Source of the DNA: Gammaproteobacteria bacterium
GTDB lineage: Bacteria > Pseudomonadota > Gammaproteobacteria > Pseudomonadales > Pseudohongiellaceae
NCBI GenBank assembly: GCA_026710425.1
Contig: JAPORB010000244.1
Location: 4,976 to 68,975 of the forward strand
DNA length: 64,000 nucleotides
Reading direction: 5' to 3'
Part shown: piece after piece, positions 34,787 through 46,686 of the stretch
Numbering within the stretch: the stretch's first letter is position 1
Layout: every line of letters begins with the position of its first letter
The notes under the pieces: model-generated
The model's database searches: none
Told to the model about the DNA's origin: nothing
Seen by the model: the letters and a program-made list of their open reading frames with translations, nothing else
Program-made: the position numbers and the translations under genes

Positions 34787-35446
34787 ATGCTACCGTGGTC
34801 CACCATTGACACTGTCATGTTTGACATGGACGGGACATTACTGGATTTGCATTTTGACAATTATTTCTGGCTGAAACTGGTGCCATACCACTACAGTAAA
34901 AAGTATGATGTAAGCGAAGCGGAGGCCGAACAGTTTGTGCGCCAGAAATATTCGGATGTGCATGGCACCCTGAAATGGTATTGCATTGATTACTGGCAGG
35001 CTGAGTTCGGTCTCAACATCCCTCAACTAAAACTCGGTATCACTCACAAGATAACTGTGCGTCCCAATGTGGAGCATCTACTCCAGGCTCTGAAGCAACT
35101 TGACAAGCGGCTGGTACTGGTAACCAATGCTCACCCCATCAGTCTTGACCTAAAAATGAAACATGCGGGCATCCGCGATTATTTTCACCAGTGCATCAGT
35201 TCTCACAGCCTGAAACTGGCCAAGGAGAACAGGGGCTTCTGGGAAAACCTCAAGGCCGTGGAACCCTATGATCCGGCCCGCACTGCCCTGTTCGACGACA
35301 ATCTGAGTGTGTTACGCGAGGCAAAGCGGCAAGGCATAGCCCACTTATGGGCCATTAGCCAGCCGGATAGCCAGCTGCCTGCTGTGGCAGCAGGCGAGTT
35401 CCCTCAGGTGCAGGACTTTGAGCAACTATTACCCGCCCGCGGTTGA
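34787..35446 (+). CDS. yrfG: HAD-family GMP/IMP nucleotidase
   Basis: HAD motif I (MFDMDGTLLD), motif III/IV (ALFDDN), and position immediately upstream of hslR, as in enterobacterial yrfG-hslR. Confidence 0.7.
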   Translation: MLPWSTIDTVMFDMDGTLLDLHFDNYFWLKLVPYHYSKKYDVSEAEAEQFVRQKYSDVHGTLKWYCIDYWQAEFGLNIPQLKLGITHKITVRPNVEHLLQALKQLDKRLVLVTNAHPISLDLKMKHAGIRDYFHQCISSHSLKLAKENRGFWENLKAVEPYDPARTALFDDNLSVLREAKRQGIAHLWAISQPDSQLPAVAAGEFPQVQDFEQLLPARG

Positions 35447-35452
35447 TTCTCA

Positions 35453-35884
35453 ATGAGCAGAGCCACCTTCACCAGCAAGTCAATAACCACCGTTAGTTCC
35501 AAGGTTCGCCTTGACAAGTGGTTGTGGGCAGCTCGGTTTTACAAAACTCGGTCTATGGCCAAGAAGGCGATTGCAGGCGGGAAAGTACAGTGTAACGGTG
35601 CCCGCAGCAAACCCGGCAAGGAACTTGTGCCGGGAATGATCATCTCCCTGCGGCAGGGCTTTGATACCAGAACTGTAGTGGTCAAAGCCCTCAGTGAACA
35701 GCGGCGGGAAGCACCACAGGCACGGTTGCTCTATGAGGAAACCGAGGCCAGCATTAAACAGCGAGAAGAACTGGCAGTACAACGCAAGGCACAACCAAAA
35801 CCATGGCCTACACCCGGCAAGCCCAACAAGAAGCAGCGACGTCTTATTACCCGATTTAAACAGAAACCCCCTGTTGGGTCCTGA
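35453..35884 (+). CDS. hslR: ribosome-associated heat-shock protein Hsp15 (S4 RNA-binding domain)
   Basis: RLDKWLWAARFYKTRSMAKKAIAGGKV and a basic C-terminal tail, with a 143-aa length. Confidence 0.85.
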   Translation: MSRATFTSKSITTVSSKVRLDKWLWAARFYKTRSMAKKAIAGGKVQCNGARSKPGKELVPGMIISLRQGFDTRTVVVKALSEQRREAPQARLLYEETEASIKQREELAVQRKAQPKPWPTPGKPNKKQRRLITRFKQKPPVGS

Positions 35885-36405
35885 TCAGGAGAGAGAATTT
35901 GATACCAAAGAAAACATCAAATCAATTGAATCAAGTGAACCAAACTGCTTTAATAAGCCTCAGGTGGCATTGACCGAAATCATTGACGATAAAGGAATGG
36001 AATTGCGTCAGGCCAAAAGACTTAGCCCTTAGAAAACTCTCTGCTGCTACTAGTGTTTTTGTTCAAACTAAACCCAGAAGCCTAAAGTCGTAACCGATTG
36101 TGGATATGATTTCTGGTTTGGCAGGCTGACAAACAGACAAAAAATTAACTCCTCATTACAAAATGACAGATGACGTATCTACAATACACGGATGATGTTC
36201 ATCCATTAACCACTTCTTCATTTTCAAGCAGATAAAATTACAGCATGGATGATCGGGCTTGCCAATACCAAAGATCAGTATTTTGCACACAGGTCAAAAA
36301 CCTCCTGATTCGTTTATTATCGCAAACTGGTGCAGTCGCTGTTCGAATGTGCCGGACAAATCTATCCCCTGCTATCTTTGCAAGAATCGGGCACGGTAAA
36401 ACAGA

Positions 36406-37974
36406 TTGACCAAACAATACTACGAAAGCCTCAAGCACTATGGTCTACCCGAATTTGATCGAAGCTGGGGTCTGATCAGAAGGGGAATCGAAAAGGAGAG
36501 CTTGCGGGTCTCACCGGAAGGTTATATCTCTGACGGCCCCCACCCGGCTGCATTGGGCTCGGCCCTGACGAATCCCTACATCACCACTGATTTTGCCGAG
36601 GCTCTGCTGGAGTTCATCACACCGGTCCATACCGATATAGATGAGTGTCTCGACATGCTGAAGAATATTCACCATTTCAGCCTTCAAAACCTTGACGCTA
36701 ACGAATTGCTATGGGTGGCAAGCATGCCCTGCCCGCACTCAAGCGAAGTGAATATTCCCATAGCTGAATATGGCAACTCAAATATCGGTCGCCTTAAGAA
36801 CCTGTATCGACGCGGTCTGCATGTTCGTTATGGCAGTCTGATGCAAGTCATCTCCGGTATCCACTACAACTTTTCAATGCCTGCAGAGTTCTGGGAACCG
36901 TTCCAGCAGCTCTGCGGTGACAGCCAGTCCTTGTCGGACTTCAAAACCACTAGGTATTTGCACCTGATTCGTAATTTTCATCGCTATTCCTGGTTGCTGG
37001 TGTATCTGTTCGGTGCCTCACCTGCAGCCTGCAACTGTTTTGTCGAAGGTAGAAATCATGGCCTGCAGCAGTTCGATGCAGTCAGCCTATATCTTCCCGA
37101 AGCCACTTGCCTGCGCATGGGAAATCTTGGTTACAAGAGCGAAGCTCAGGAATCGCTATTTGTGTGTTATAACGAACTACAGACCTATGTTGACTGTCTC
37201 TACCAAGCTATGTATGAACCCTACCCTGAGTACGATGAACTGGGACAAAAATGCGATGGGGATTACCAGCAAATCAACACCTGTTTGTTACAGCTGGAGA
37301 ATGAGTTCTACAGCACAATCCGCCCCAAACCTAAAATCAACAGCGGTGAACGACCGCTGGATGCATTGATTAAATATGGCATTGAGTACGTGGAAGTGCG
37401 TGCCCTTGACCTTAATCCCTATCTACCCGTTGGTATTGACGCACAGGATATTCGTTTTCTGGACACCTTTCTGTTGCATTGTCTGCTTAGCGACTCGGCA
37501 CGCTGTGATCAGCGGGAGTTTTTCGAAGTGGCGACCAACCTGGCTGCGGTGGTAGAACGGGGTCGTGATCCTGAGCTGCAACTAAATCGGGGCGACAAAA
37601 TGCTGGGTATACGAGACTGGGCGGAACAATTGCTAGATGACATGGCTCATAGTGCCACCTTGCTGGATCAGGTTCACCATAGCCAGACCTACAACGAATC
37701 AGTACGGCTACAGCAGGCCAAGGTGCGCGATGCCAGCCTGACACCTTCTGGTCGTATGCTGAAACAGATGCGAGAGCAGGAACTTTCCTTTTTTGAACTT
37801 GCCATGAATCTCTCAAAATCCGCCAAAAAAACTTTGCAAAATTGCAGACCTGATGATGAGGTTATGGCACATTTCGCCGATGCTAGTGCTATATCGCACC
37901 AGCGCCAAAAGGAAATTGAAGAAGCTGACACCCAAAGTTTTGATGAGTTCCTGGAGATTTGGAACCGCAAATAG
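36406..37974 (+). CDS. gshA: glutamate--cysteine ligase (gammaproteobacterial type)
   Basis: 522 aa. RGIEKESLRV, TPVHTDIDE, ISGIHYNFS and YIEVRALD-type blocks are collinear with GshA. The track start is TTG 36406, and the start codon is uncertain. Confidence 0.9.
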   Translation: MTKQYYESLKHYGLPEFDRSWGLIRRGIEKESLRVSPEGYISDGPHPAALGSALTNPYITTDFAEALLEFITPVHTDIDECLDMLKNIHHFSLQNLDANELLWVASMPCPHSSEVNIPIAEYGNSNIGRLKNLYRRGLHVRYGSLMQVISGIHYNFSMPAEFWEPFQQLCGDSQSLSDFKTTRYLHLIRNFHRYSWLLVYLFGASPAACNCFVEGRNHGLQQFDAVSLYLPEATCLRMGNLGYKSEAQESLFVCYNELQTYVDCLYQAMYEPYPEYDELGQKCDGDYQQINTCLLQLENEFYSTIRPKPKINSGERPLDALIKYGIEYVEVRALDLNPYLPVGIDAQDIRFLDTFLLHCLLSDSARCDQREFFEVATNLAAVVERGRDPELQLNRGDKMLGIRDWAEQLLDDMAHSATLLDQVHHSQTYNESVRLQQAKVRDASLTPSGRMLKQMREQELSFFELAMNLSKSAKKTLQNCRPDDEVMAHFADASAISHQRQKEIEEADTQSFDEFLEIWNRK

Positions 37975-38171
37975 CAGACACCCACAACCTAGTCCAGCAC
38001 AGCATAGTCATCTCCTAGGTCGGCCTGCAATGCCTGCTATCGGCCAATACGCTGTAGTGAGCCAGAAAAATTTATGCGAGGAGGCCGCTAAGACTAGTAG
38101 TTGATTCTTTAAGTGTTACGAGACTAGGGCGGTAGTGTAAAATCACCAATCGCAAGTTTGGGAGAGAATCC

Positions 38172-38681
38172 ATGACAATATCGTTGCCCGTTAACCGAAT
38201 GATTAACCTCGCTATGTTTCTAGTCACGGTCATTACCATTGGCATAGTACTCTATATGGAGCATGTGTTGTTGATGTCGCCCTGTGGTCTATGCATTACT
38301 CAGCGAGTGTTCGTCATTCTCTGCGGCCTTACCTGTCTGGTATCGGCCTTGCACAATCCTGGCACACAGGGACAGAAACTGTACGCCTTCGGCGCAGCTT
38401 CAATGTGTATTTTTGGGAGCTACTTCGCTGGTCGCCAGATCTGGCTGCAGCATCTACCGGAAGATCAGGTCCCTGCCTGCGGGCCAGGACTGGGTTATCT
38501 TTATGAGAACTTTCCGTTCATTGAAGTGCTGAATTTTCTGCTCAAAGGCGATGGCAATTGCGCGGAAGTCCAGTACCGCCTGCTGGGACTGAGCATTCCG
38601 GAAATGTCCATGCTGGCCTTTGTTGCCCTCTTCTGCACCTGCCTCTATGTAGCCTTTCGTCACACAGCCCAGCCAGTCTGA
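38172..38681 (+). CDS. dsbB: disulfide bond formation protein B
   Basis: Four TM helices, the first periplasmic-loop CxxC (PCGLC), and second-loop cysteines (PACGP...GNC). Confidence 0.85.
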   Translation: MTISLPVNRMINLAMFLVTVITIGIVLYMEHVLLMSPCGLCITQRVFVILCGLTCLVSALHNPGTQGQKLYAFGAASMCIFGSYFAGRQIWLQHLPEDQVPACGPGLGYLYENFPFIEVLNFLLKGDGNCAEVQYRLLGLSIPEMSMLAFVALFCTCLYVAFRHTAQPV

Positions 38682-38683
38682 GG

Positions 38684-40144
38684 CTACTGACCACGCTGCC
38701 AGCGAAAGAATCTTTCCATCAGAGGGAAATACTTCTCCGGCAATCTGGCATTGCGCCAGGCATTGGCCGCAAACTTGTTGGCTTCCGACAGGGTCGGATA
38801 AATGTGTGTGACTGCAGCGATCTTCTTCAATCCCAGTCCATGGGTCATGGCAAGCACAAACTCACCTATCAGCTCACTGGCATGATGGCCCACAATGGTC
38901 ACCCCAAGAATTCGGTCCCGACCCGGCACGGTCAATACCTTGATGAACCCATGAGCCTCTCCCTCGGCCAGGGCGCGATCCAAATGATTCATATCGAAAC
39001 GGGTTACCTCGAAGGCCACCCCCTGTTCCCTTGCCTCGGTTTCACTAAGACCGACTCGGGCAACTTCCGGGTCAGTGAAAGTAGCCCAGGGCACAGCACG
39101 GTAATTGGCCTTGAGCCGCCACCAACTTCCCATCAATGAATTTATACTGGCAAAAAAAGCCTGATATGATGCCATGTGAGTGAACTGATAGGGACCAGCG
39201 ACATCGCCACAGGCATAAATGCTCGGATAAGCTGTTTGCATGGCGTGATTGACTTGTACTGTGCCCTGAGATGTCAGTGGCATGTCCAGTGCTTCCAGTC
39301 CTAGTCCTTCCACATTGGCCTTGCGGCCAATCGCCAACAACACCTTATCAAACCCCAAGCAAACCTTGGCATTGAATCCTTCAGCTTCCATCATATAACC
39401 GCTATCGTCCTTGAAGAACCGCATGGGCCGGTACCCGGTCAGGACCTTTATCCCCTGTTCCCGAAATTTTGCGGTGACAGTTTCAGAGACTTCCGAATCT
39501 TCCCGCGGCATAATGCGCGATGCCAAATCGACCTGAGCCACCTTGGATCCGAGATGACTGAACGCCTGCGCCATTTCACATCCAATCGGACCGCCACCAA
39601 CCACCAGCATCCGCTTCGGTAATTCCCGCAAGGACCAGAGTGTATCCGAGGTCAGGTAGTCCACTTGCTCCAAGCCTGGAATTTGCGGCACAAGCGGTCT
39701 GCCACCACTAGCCAGAATAATGGCGCGGGTACTGATGGATCTGCCGTTCACTTCTACTGTCCAGGGCGAGCTGACGCGCGCATCCCCGCTAATGCAATCC
39801 ACGCCCAAATCGCTAAATCGCTCCACGGAATCATGGGGTTCAATGATCTTGATCACACTCTGCACACGATCCATCACTGCTGCAAAATCCACGCTACCTG
39901 CTGCTCCATTGATGCCGTATTCCCGGGCCCGACGCAGGTATGACATGATACGACCGCTGCGTAGCAAGGTCTTACTCGGCACGCAACCAGTATTCAGGCA
40001 ATCACCACCCATTTTATGCTTTTCAATCAGAATAGTTCCGGCTTTTGCGCCACTGGCAATTATTGCGGCGACCAGACCGGCCGAGCCGCCACCGATAATC
40101 ACCACATTGGCATTAAATTTTCTGGGCTTGCGAAAAGACTTCAT
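38684..40144 (-). CDS. class I FAD-dependent pyridine nucleotide-disulfide oxidoreductase (lipoamide dehydrogenase/mercuric reductase-like)
   Basis: GGGSAGLVAA, the redox-active disulfide GGDCLNTGCVPSK, an NAD Rossmann motif VVGGGPIGCEMAQ, and the dimerisation-domain motif HIYPTLSE. The ATG overlaps the stop of the upstream TVP38 gene (ATGA). Confidence 0.85.
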   Translation of the reverse strand: MKSFRKPRKFNANVVIIGGGSAGLVAAIIASGAKAGTILIEKHKMGGDCLNTGCVPSKTLLRSGRIMSYLRRAREYGINGAAGSVDFAAVMDRVQSVIKIIEPHDSVERFSDLGVDCISGDARVSSPWTVEVNGRSISTRAIILASGGRPLVPQIPGLEQVDYLTSDTLWSLRELPKRMLVVGGGPIGCEMAQAFSHLGSKVAQVDLASRIMPREDSEVSETVTAKFREQGIKVLTGYRPMRFFKDDSGYMMEAEGFNAKVCLGFDKVLLAIGRKANVEGLGLEALDMPLTSQGTVQVNHAMQTAYPSIYACGDVAGPYQFTHMASYQAFFASINSLMGSWWRLKANYRAVPWATFTDPEVARVGLSETEAREQGVAFEVTRFDMNHLDRALAEGEAHGFIKVLTVPGRDRILGVTIVGHHASELIGEFVLAMTHGLGLKKIAAVTHIYPTLSEANKFAANAWRNARLPEKYFPLMERFFRWQRGQ

Positions 40145-40887
40145 TTTCTTGCTCTCTTGATAGCATTGATGAGTAGCTTGGCCGCCAGGGGCGAGACCCC
40201 GACCAGCACTAGGGATAGAATCACTGAAGGGCTAACCAATCCCGATAGGGAGGTAATCTGCGCGAGTTCGGAACCGGCGTTTACATAAACCGCCGTGATC
40301 AGCAACATCCCTATCTGGCTGACCAAATAGAAAGGAATCACTCCGATAGGAGTCAACCCCATAAGCAGATTGACCACAAAAAACGGGAAAATAGGCACCA
40401 TACGAATACTGAACAGATAAAAATTACCATCCTGTTCAATGCCTCGGTTAATGGGGGCAAGGTAATTGCCAAAGCGCGATTGCACCCAGTTTCTTAACAG
40501 TGTTCTTGATAGCAGAAATGCTAAGGTTGCACCGATTGAACTGGCAAACGATGCCAGTACTGTGCCCCAGATCAGACCAAAAATGGCCCCGCCGGTGAGA
40601 GTGATGATCAGGGCACCTGGAATGGACAGAGCGGCAATCAGCAGGTAGGTCAGAAAATATATTGCTAAAGCCAGCGCAAAATGATCATTTCGGAAGGTCT
40701 GCAGGGCAGAAAGACGAGACTGCACATATTCCAACGACAAAAATCGGCCTAGATCAAACTGGAAAAAAATGACCAGGACCAGCCCGATGCAGAGCGCAAT
40801 CATAATTTTCACCAGAGATGATTTGCTCATCCTGCATTCCTTTGCAGCTTTAAGTCGGTTCCAGGCATGAATTGTCGTCCGTTCCAC
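40141..40887 (-). CDS. TVP38/TMEM64 (DedA-related) family membrane protein
   Basis: Polytopic membrane protein containing FRMVPIFPFFVVNLLMG-type SNARE-associated motifs. The likely start is the internal Met (MSKSSLVKIM) near 40830. Confidence 0.75.
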   Translation of the reverse strand: MERTTIHAWNRLKAAKECRMSKSSLVKIMIALCIGLVLVIFFQFDLGRFLSLEYVQSRLSALQTFRNDHFALALAIYFLTYLLIAALSIPGALIITLTGGAIFGLIWGTVLASFASSIGATLAFLLSRTLLRNWVQSRFGNYLAPINRGIEQDGNFYLFSIRMVPIFPFFVVNLLMGLTPIGVIPFYLVSQIGMLLITAVYVNAGSELAQITSLSGLVSPSVILSLVLVGVSPLAAKLLINAIKRARK

Positions 40888-41001
40888 TGATCGGGTTCAT
40901 GAAAATAGCAAGACTCTGGGGCAACGCAATGGAACAAAGAAAAGCCATGCAGAAAAATGATTAGTAAGAAACTGCCTAAGCAGGACGACAATGGCGTATA
41001 A

Positions 41002-42099
<1,098 letters not shown>

Positions 42100-42632
42100 A
42101 GTCTACTGTACCGAGGCAAGCAAAAGTGGCAGGCTCGTGTGCCGTTCAATTTCAGGGTAAATACAGCTAAAAACGGGACTGACGGCGTCTGAATAGCTAG
42201 TCACGGCTGAAATTGATGAGAAAAAAGCCAGAGCGAGTTGGTCACAAAAGCCAATCTTGCCTTGGTTAAGAAGGAGATAGAGTTACTATGGGAAAATGAA
42301 TGGCCAGATTTCGTCTTTGCGCTGCGTTATGGGGTCAATGGTCGCCATCCACCTAGTCAGCCTCGCCGCCGATATCGGGCTAATGATTCAAAGCTTATCA
42401 GACCCACTGTTGACTGAATGAGTCTTGAATCCTGTATAAATACCCTTATATTATAGACTTATAAATTAATCTGGATTCCATAACCCCAACCGGACGGGGA
42501 TCTGACCCTGAAATTCCGGCTGCGAAGAACAAATTTTTAAGCCCTGTGCCCCTGTAAGCGGGTTCCAGCGACAATTCAACACAATCAATTAACGACTAAG
42601 CGTCCTGCTGTGTAGGGACAAGGAAGGAATTT

Positions 42633-42986
42633 ATGAGCGAAAGCATTGTTCAAGTAACAGACTCTAGCTTCGACCAGGATGTACTGCAATCTGAGAGCCC
42701 GGTACTAGTTGACTTCTGGGCCTCCTGGTGTGGCCCATGCAAAATGATTGCCCCGATTGTGGAACAGGTTGCCACCGAATATGATGGCAAACTAAAAGTA
42801 TGCAAGCTGGATGTGGATGCCAATCCCGAGACTGCGGCCAAATATGGCATTCGCGGCATACCGGCTCTGGTTATGTTCAATGATGGTGCCCAAATGACAA
42901 AAGACAAGGAAGGGGCTGAGGTGCAGCCGAAAGTCGGTGCACTGTCCAAAACTCAGCTTTCAGAATATATTGACAAGCTGATCTGA
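42633..42986 (+). CDS. trxA: thioredoxin 1
   Basis: [25 protein letters not shown] and VGALSK are present. It is 117 aa because of a 9-residue insertion before the last strand. Confidence 0.9.
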   Translation: MSESIVQVTDSSFDQDVLQSESPVLVDFWASWCGPCKMIAPIVEQVATEYDGKLKVCKLDVDANPETAAKYGIRGIPALVMFNDGAQMTKDKEGAEVQPKVGALSKTQLSEYIDKLI

Positions 42987-43000
42987 ATAGCGTCTAATAC

Positions 43001-43026
43001 GGGTGTTCTGCTAGAGCTGAACACCC
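43001..43026 (+). terminator. perfect 8-bp stem hairpin just after trxA (possible terminator or attenuator; no T tract)
   Basis: GGGTGTTC-10 nt-GAACACCC begins 15 nt after the trxA stop. It is followed by CAAGGAC rather than a U run, so the function is uncertain. Confidence 0.3.
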
Positions 43027-43766
43027 CAAGGACTCAGCAGCGCATATAGACGACTGATTTCCTTACTACCAACCATTCTCCAACGTCACCCGAATCCCAG
43101 ACCATTCGCAGCAGGCTCAAGTGAGTCAGGCTGTTCGGTAGCAAGACAATCCCTGAAAAAATAATGCTTGACAGTTATCCAGATGCCCGAAACCTTGCCA
43201 GTACTGCCGGTCCAGCCTTGAATCACTTGATTTTGTCCCTGCCAGGACAGCTCAGCTTGGGCACGAAACATAACATTACCCCAAAAATTTAAAACGAGTA
43301 GACGAAAATATGTGCACCGCCAGTTTCTCTGGGAAAATGCCAAATTGGATGCTAGCGGCAGTAGAAATATCACCATCCGCCGACAAGGTCACTGAAAATC
43401 AGTGGTACTAACCATCATGCCAGACACAACAACAGTCAATTCCATGAGCCAAGCACCTAAAGCGTGTCTGGGGCAACGTATGCAAGGTCAATGCTGCGTA
43501 ACATTCCACTGTGCAGAAATACTAAACTATCTTTGACATTCGACCGGTTAATCACCAACAGTCAAAAACGTTTCTTGATCCTAATTTACAACTCTATCCA
43601 TGCCGATAATGAAACAAAAACTATTCCTATTCTGACTGCTACCTGACTATTATTTATTACCTCATATTTGTCCCGGCTTCTTATCAGTAGCTGACGACCA
43701 TTCGTAATCCGCGATGCTGAATCGCCGATCGATTTCCCTATCTTCTTCTCTGAAAGACCTTTAACT

Positions 43767-45026
43767 ATGAATCTTACCGAACTCAAGCAAAAACCCATTG
43801 CTGAATTAATCGAAACAGCTCATGACATGGGCCTGGATAATGTGTCCAGAAACCGAAAACAAGATATCATTTTTATCATACTGAAGCGGCATGCCCGTAA
43901 TGGTGCCGACATTTACGGCGATGGCGTGTTGGAAATTCTTCAGGATGGATTCGGGTTTTTGCGATCGGCTGATTCATCCTATCTGGCCGGCCCTGATGAC
44001 ATTTATGTCTCGCCCAGCCAGATCCGGCGCTTCAATCTGCGCACCGGAGACACTATTGCTGGCAAAATAAGGCCGCCCAAGGATGGTGAACGCTACTTTG
44101 CCCTGCTCAAAATCAGTGAGATCAATTTCAATAAGCCCGAAGCCTCCAAAAACAAAATCCTTTTCGAAAATCTTACGCCACTTTTCCCACAGGAGCGTCT
44201 GGAGTTGCAGGTTGGAAACGGCAGTACAGAAGATCTCAGTGCACGTGTTATTGACTTGACGGCCCCTGTTGGCAAAGGCCAGAGAGGATTGATCGTATCT
44301 CCGCCAAAGGCCGGTAAGACCCTTATATTGCAAAACATTGCGCAATCAATAACCCGCAATAATCCGGAAACACGGCTAATTGTGTTGCTCATTGATGAGC
44401 GACCGGAGGAAGTTACCGAGATGCAACGCTCGGTACGCGGTGAGGTTGTGGCGAGCACCTTTGATGAGCCCCCTTCACGGCACGTTCAAGTTGCTGAGAT
44501 GGTTATTGAAAAAGCGAAGCGCTTAGTGGAACATAAGGAAGATGTCACTATTCTGCTGGACTCCATCACCCGCTTGGCACGAGCTTATAACACCATCGTA
44601 CCATCTTCCGGCAAGGTGCTAACTGGCGGAGTTGATGCCCATGCACTGGAACGTCCCAAGCGATTTTTTGGTGCCGCACGAAATCTTGAAGAAGGTGGCA
44701 GCCTTACTATTCTTGCTACAGCCCTGATTGAAACCGGTTCCAAAATGGATGAGGTCATTTATGAGGAATTTAAGGGTACTGGCAATATGGAATTGCATCT
44801 TGATCGTAAAATCGCTGAGAAGCGGGTGTATCCGGCCATCAATGTTCGCCGCTCTGGTACTCGTCGCGAGGATCTTCTAACTACCGAAGAGGAACTGCAA
44901 CGCATGTGGATTCTGCGAAAATTACTGAGTTCCATGGAAGACGTGCAGGCAACTGAGTTCTTGCTTGACAAGCTCAAGGCCACCAAAACCAATGATGAAT
45001 TTTTTAATGCGATGAAGCGAAAATAG
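43767..45026 (+). CDS. rho: transcription termination factor Rho
   Basis: [15 protein letters not shown], the RNA-binding motif GFGFLR, Walker A PPKAGKT, and a 419-aa length. A long (~780-nt) leader is typical of rho. Confidence 0.95.
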   Translation: MNLTELKQKPIAELIETAHDMGLDNVSRNRKQDIIFIILKRHARNGADIYGDGVLEILQDGFGFLRSADSSYLAGPDDIYVSPSQIRRFNLRTGDTIAGKIRPPKDGERYFALLKISEINFNKPEASKNKILFENLTPLFPQERLELQVGNGSTEDLSARVIDLTAPVGKGQRGLIVSPPKAGKTLILQNIAQSITRNNPETRLIVLLIDERPEEVTEMQRSVRGEVVASTFDEPPSRHVQVAEMVIEKAKRLVEHKEDVTILLDSITRLARAYNTIVPSSGKVLTGGVDAHALERPKRFFGAARNLEEGGSLTILATALIETGSKMDEVIYEEFKGTGNMELHLDRKIAEKRVYPAINVRRSGTRREDLLTTEEELQRMWILRKLLSSMEDVQATEFLLDKLKATKTNDEFFNAMKRK

Positions 45027-45207
45027 TCATTGAAGTCCCTACATTTGTAAGGTGTATGGCAATTTAACCGGATGGTAAATATCAGTTCCAATGGATTTGA
45101 TCTTACCAGGTCCTAATGCCAAAATTTTACTTGCCAGAAATAAAAAATAACAACTGACCCGTAGTAAAACCATATTCTTTATCATCTCTCAGTATTCCTC
45201 ATCAGTA

Positions 45208-46686
45208 TTGCCGATGCCATTCAATGACCTACGCCAGTTCATCGACTTGCTAGAAAACCAAGGCGAACTAAAGCGCATCAGTGCCGAAGTTGATCCCCAT
45301 CTTGAGATCACGGAAATCTGCGACCGTACCCTACGCTCAGCAGGTCCTGCATTGCTGTTTGAAAACCCCAGGGGGTCGTCCATACCACTGTTGGCGAACC
45401 TGTTTGGCACCACCCGCCGAATTGCCCTTGCCATGGGTCAGGAGGACACGGAAGGCCTTAGAGAAGTTGGAAGATTGTTGGCCTTTTTGAAGGAACCCAC
45501 GCCACCCAAGGGCTGGAAAGATCTTTGGCAAAGCCTGCCAGAATACAGAAACGTGCTGAATATTGCTCCAGCCGTCAAGAAGACCGCCGCCTGCCAGCAA
45601 ATCATCATCGAGGCAGAGGATGTCGATCTGAACATGTTCCCAGTCCAGACCTGCTGGCCAGGTGATGTAGCTCCGCTGATGACTTGGCCTCTGGTTATAA
45701 CCCGCGGGCCGGAAAAGGATAGGCAGAATCTTGGCATCTATCGTATGCAGCTGCTTGGACCCAACAAGCTTATCATGCGGTGGTTGTCGCACCGCGGTGG
45801 TGCCCTGGACTTCCATGAATGGAAACTTAGACACCCGGATCAGCCGTTTCCCATTTCCATTGCGATCGGTGCCGACCCGGCAACCATCCTTGCCACCGTT
45901 ACTCCAGTACCAGACACATTGTCAGAGTATGCCTTTGCCGGACTGTTGCGTAACAGAAGAACCGAAGTTGTGAAGTCGTTAACCAATGAACTGCAGGTGC
46001 CTGCCAGTGCCGAGATTGTATTAGAGGGTGCCATCTATCCGGGTGAGATTGCGGAAGAGGGGCCCTTCGGGGACCACACTGGCTACTACAACGAAACAGA
46101 ACAGTTTCCGGTCTTTACAGTCACCCGCATCACGCATCGGAAAGACCCAATCTATCACAGCACCTACACTGGCAGACCGCCGGACGAACCGGCGATGCTG
46201 GGTGTGGCACTGAATGAAGTATTTATCCCTCTACTGCAGAAACAGTATCCCGAAATCGCAGATTTCTATCTGCCGGCAGAGGGTTGCTCATATCGACTGG
46301 CCATTGTCAGCATGAGAAAACAATACCCCGGGCATGCCAGGCGCATCATGATGGGAGTCTGGTCCTTTTTGCGTCAGTTCATGTACACCAAATTCGTGGT
46401 GGTGGTGGACGAAGACATCGATATTCGTCTTTGGGAGGATGTAATTTGGGCCATCACAACGCGCATGGATCCTGTACGAGATACGGTGTTAATGGAAAAT
46501 ACGCCCATCGACTACCTCGATTTTGCATCACCCGTTGCTGGTTTGGGTTCCAAAATGGGAATGGATGCCACCAGTAAATGGCCAGGTGAAACAAACCGAG
46601 GCTGGGGCACCGCCATCATCATGAGCGAAGAGATTAAAACTAAAGTGGATGCGATGTGGGATGAGCTAGGGATTGAAAAAAGCTAA
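45208..46686 (+). CDS. ubiD: 4-hydroxy-3-polyprenylbenzoate decarboxylase
   Basis: [24 protein letters not shown] and [11 protein letters not shown] are present, the length is 492 aa, and the position after rho is conserved. Confidence 0.9.
   Translation: MPMPFNDLRQFIDLLENQGELKRISAEVDPHLEITEICDRTLRSAGPALLFENPRGSSIPLLANLFGTTRRIALAMGQEDTEGLREVGRLLAFLKEPTPPKGWKDLWQSLPEYRNVLNIAPAVKKTAACQQIIIEAEDVDLNMFPVQTCWPGDVAPLMTWPLVITRGPEKDRQNLGIYRMQLLGPNKLIMRWLSHRGGALDFHEWKLRHPDQPFPISIAIGADPATILATVTPVPDTLSEYAFAGLLRNRRTEVVKSLTNELQVPASAEIVLEGAIYPGEIAEEGPFGDHTGYYNETEQFPVFTVTRITHRKDPIYHSTYTGRPPDEPAMLGVALNEVFIPLLQKQYPEIADFYLPAEGCSYRLAIVSMRKQYPGHARRIMMGVWSFLRQFMYTKFVVVVDEDIDIRLWEDVIWAITTRMDPVRDTVLMENTPIDYLDFASPVAGLGSKMGMDATSKWPGETNRGWGTAIIMSEEIKTKVDAMWDELGIEKS

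Noticed and set aside
35885-36405. Absence of hslO (Hsp33) after yrfG-hslR, with a 520-bp ORF-free gap in its place
   Set aside because: The hslO linkage is an enterobacterial feature and is not universal. I could recognise no hslO remnant in the gap, so this is not evidence of anything unusual.
38558-39139. 193-aa plus-strand ORF overlapping dsbB's end and the flavoprotein reductase gene; also 39720..40160
   Set aside because: It is antisense to a gene with intact FAD, NAD and redox-disulfide motifs. It is a shadow ORF.
43027-43766. Long trxA-rho intergenic region with small ORFs (43086..43376, 43464..43646, 43586..43798)
   Set aside because: rho genes typically have long, structured, ORF-poor leaders used for autoregulation. 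The small ORFs have no coding signal.
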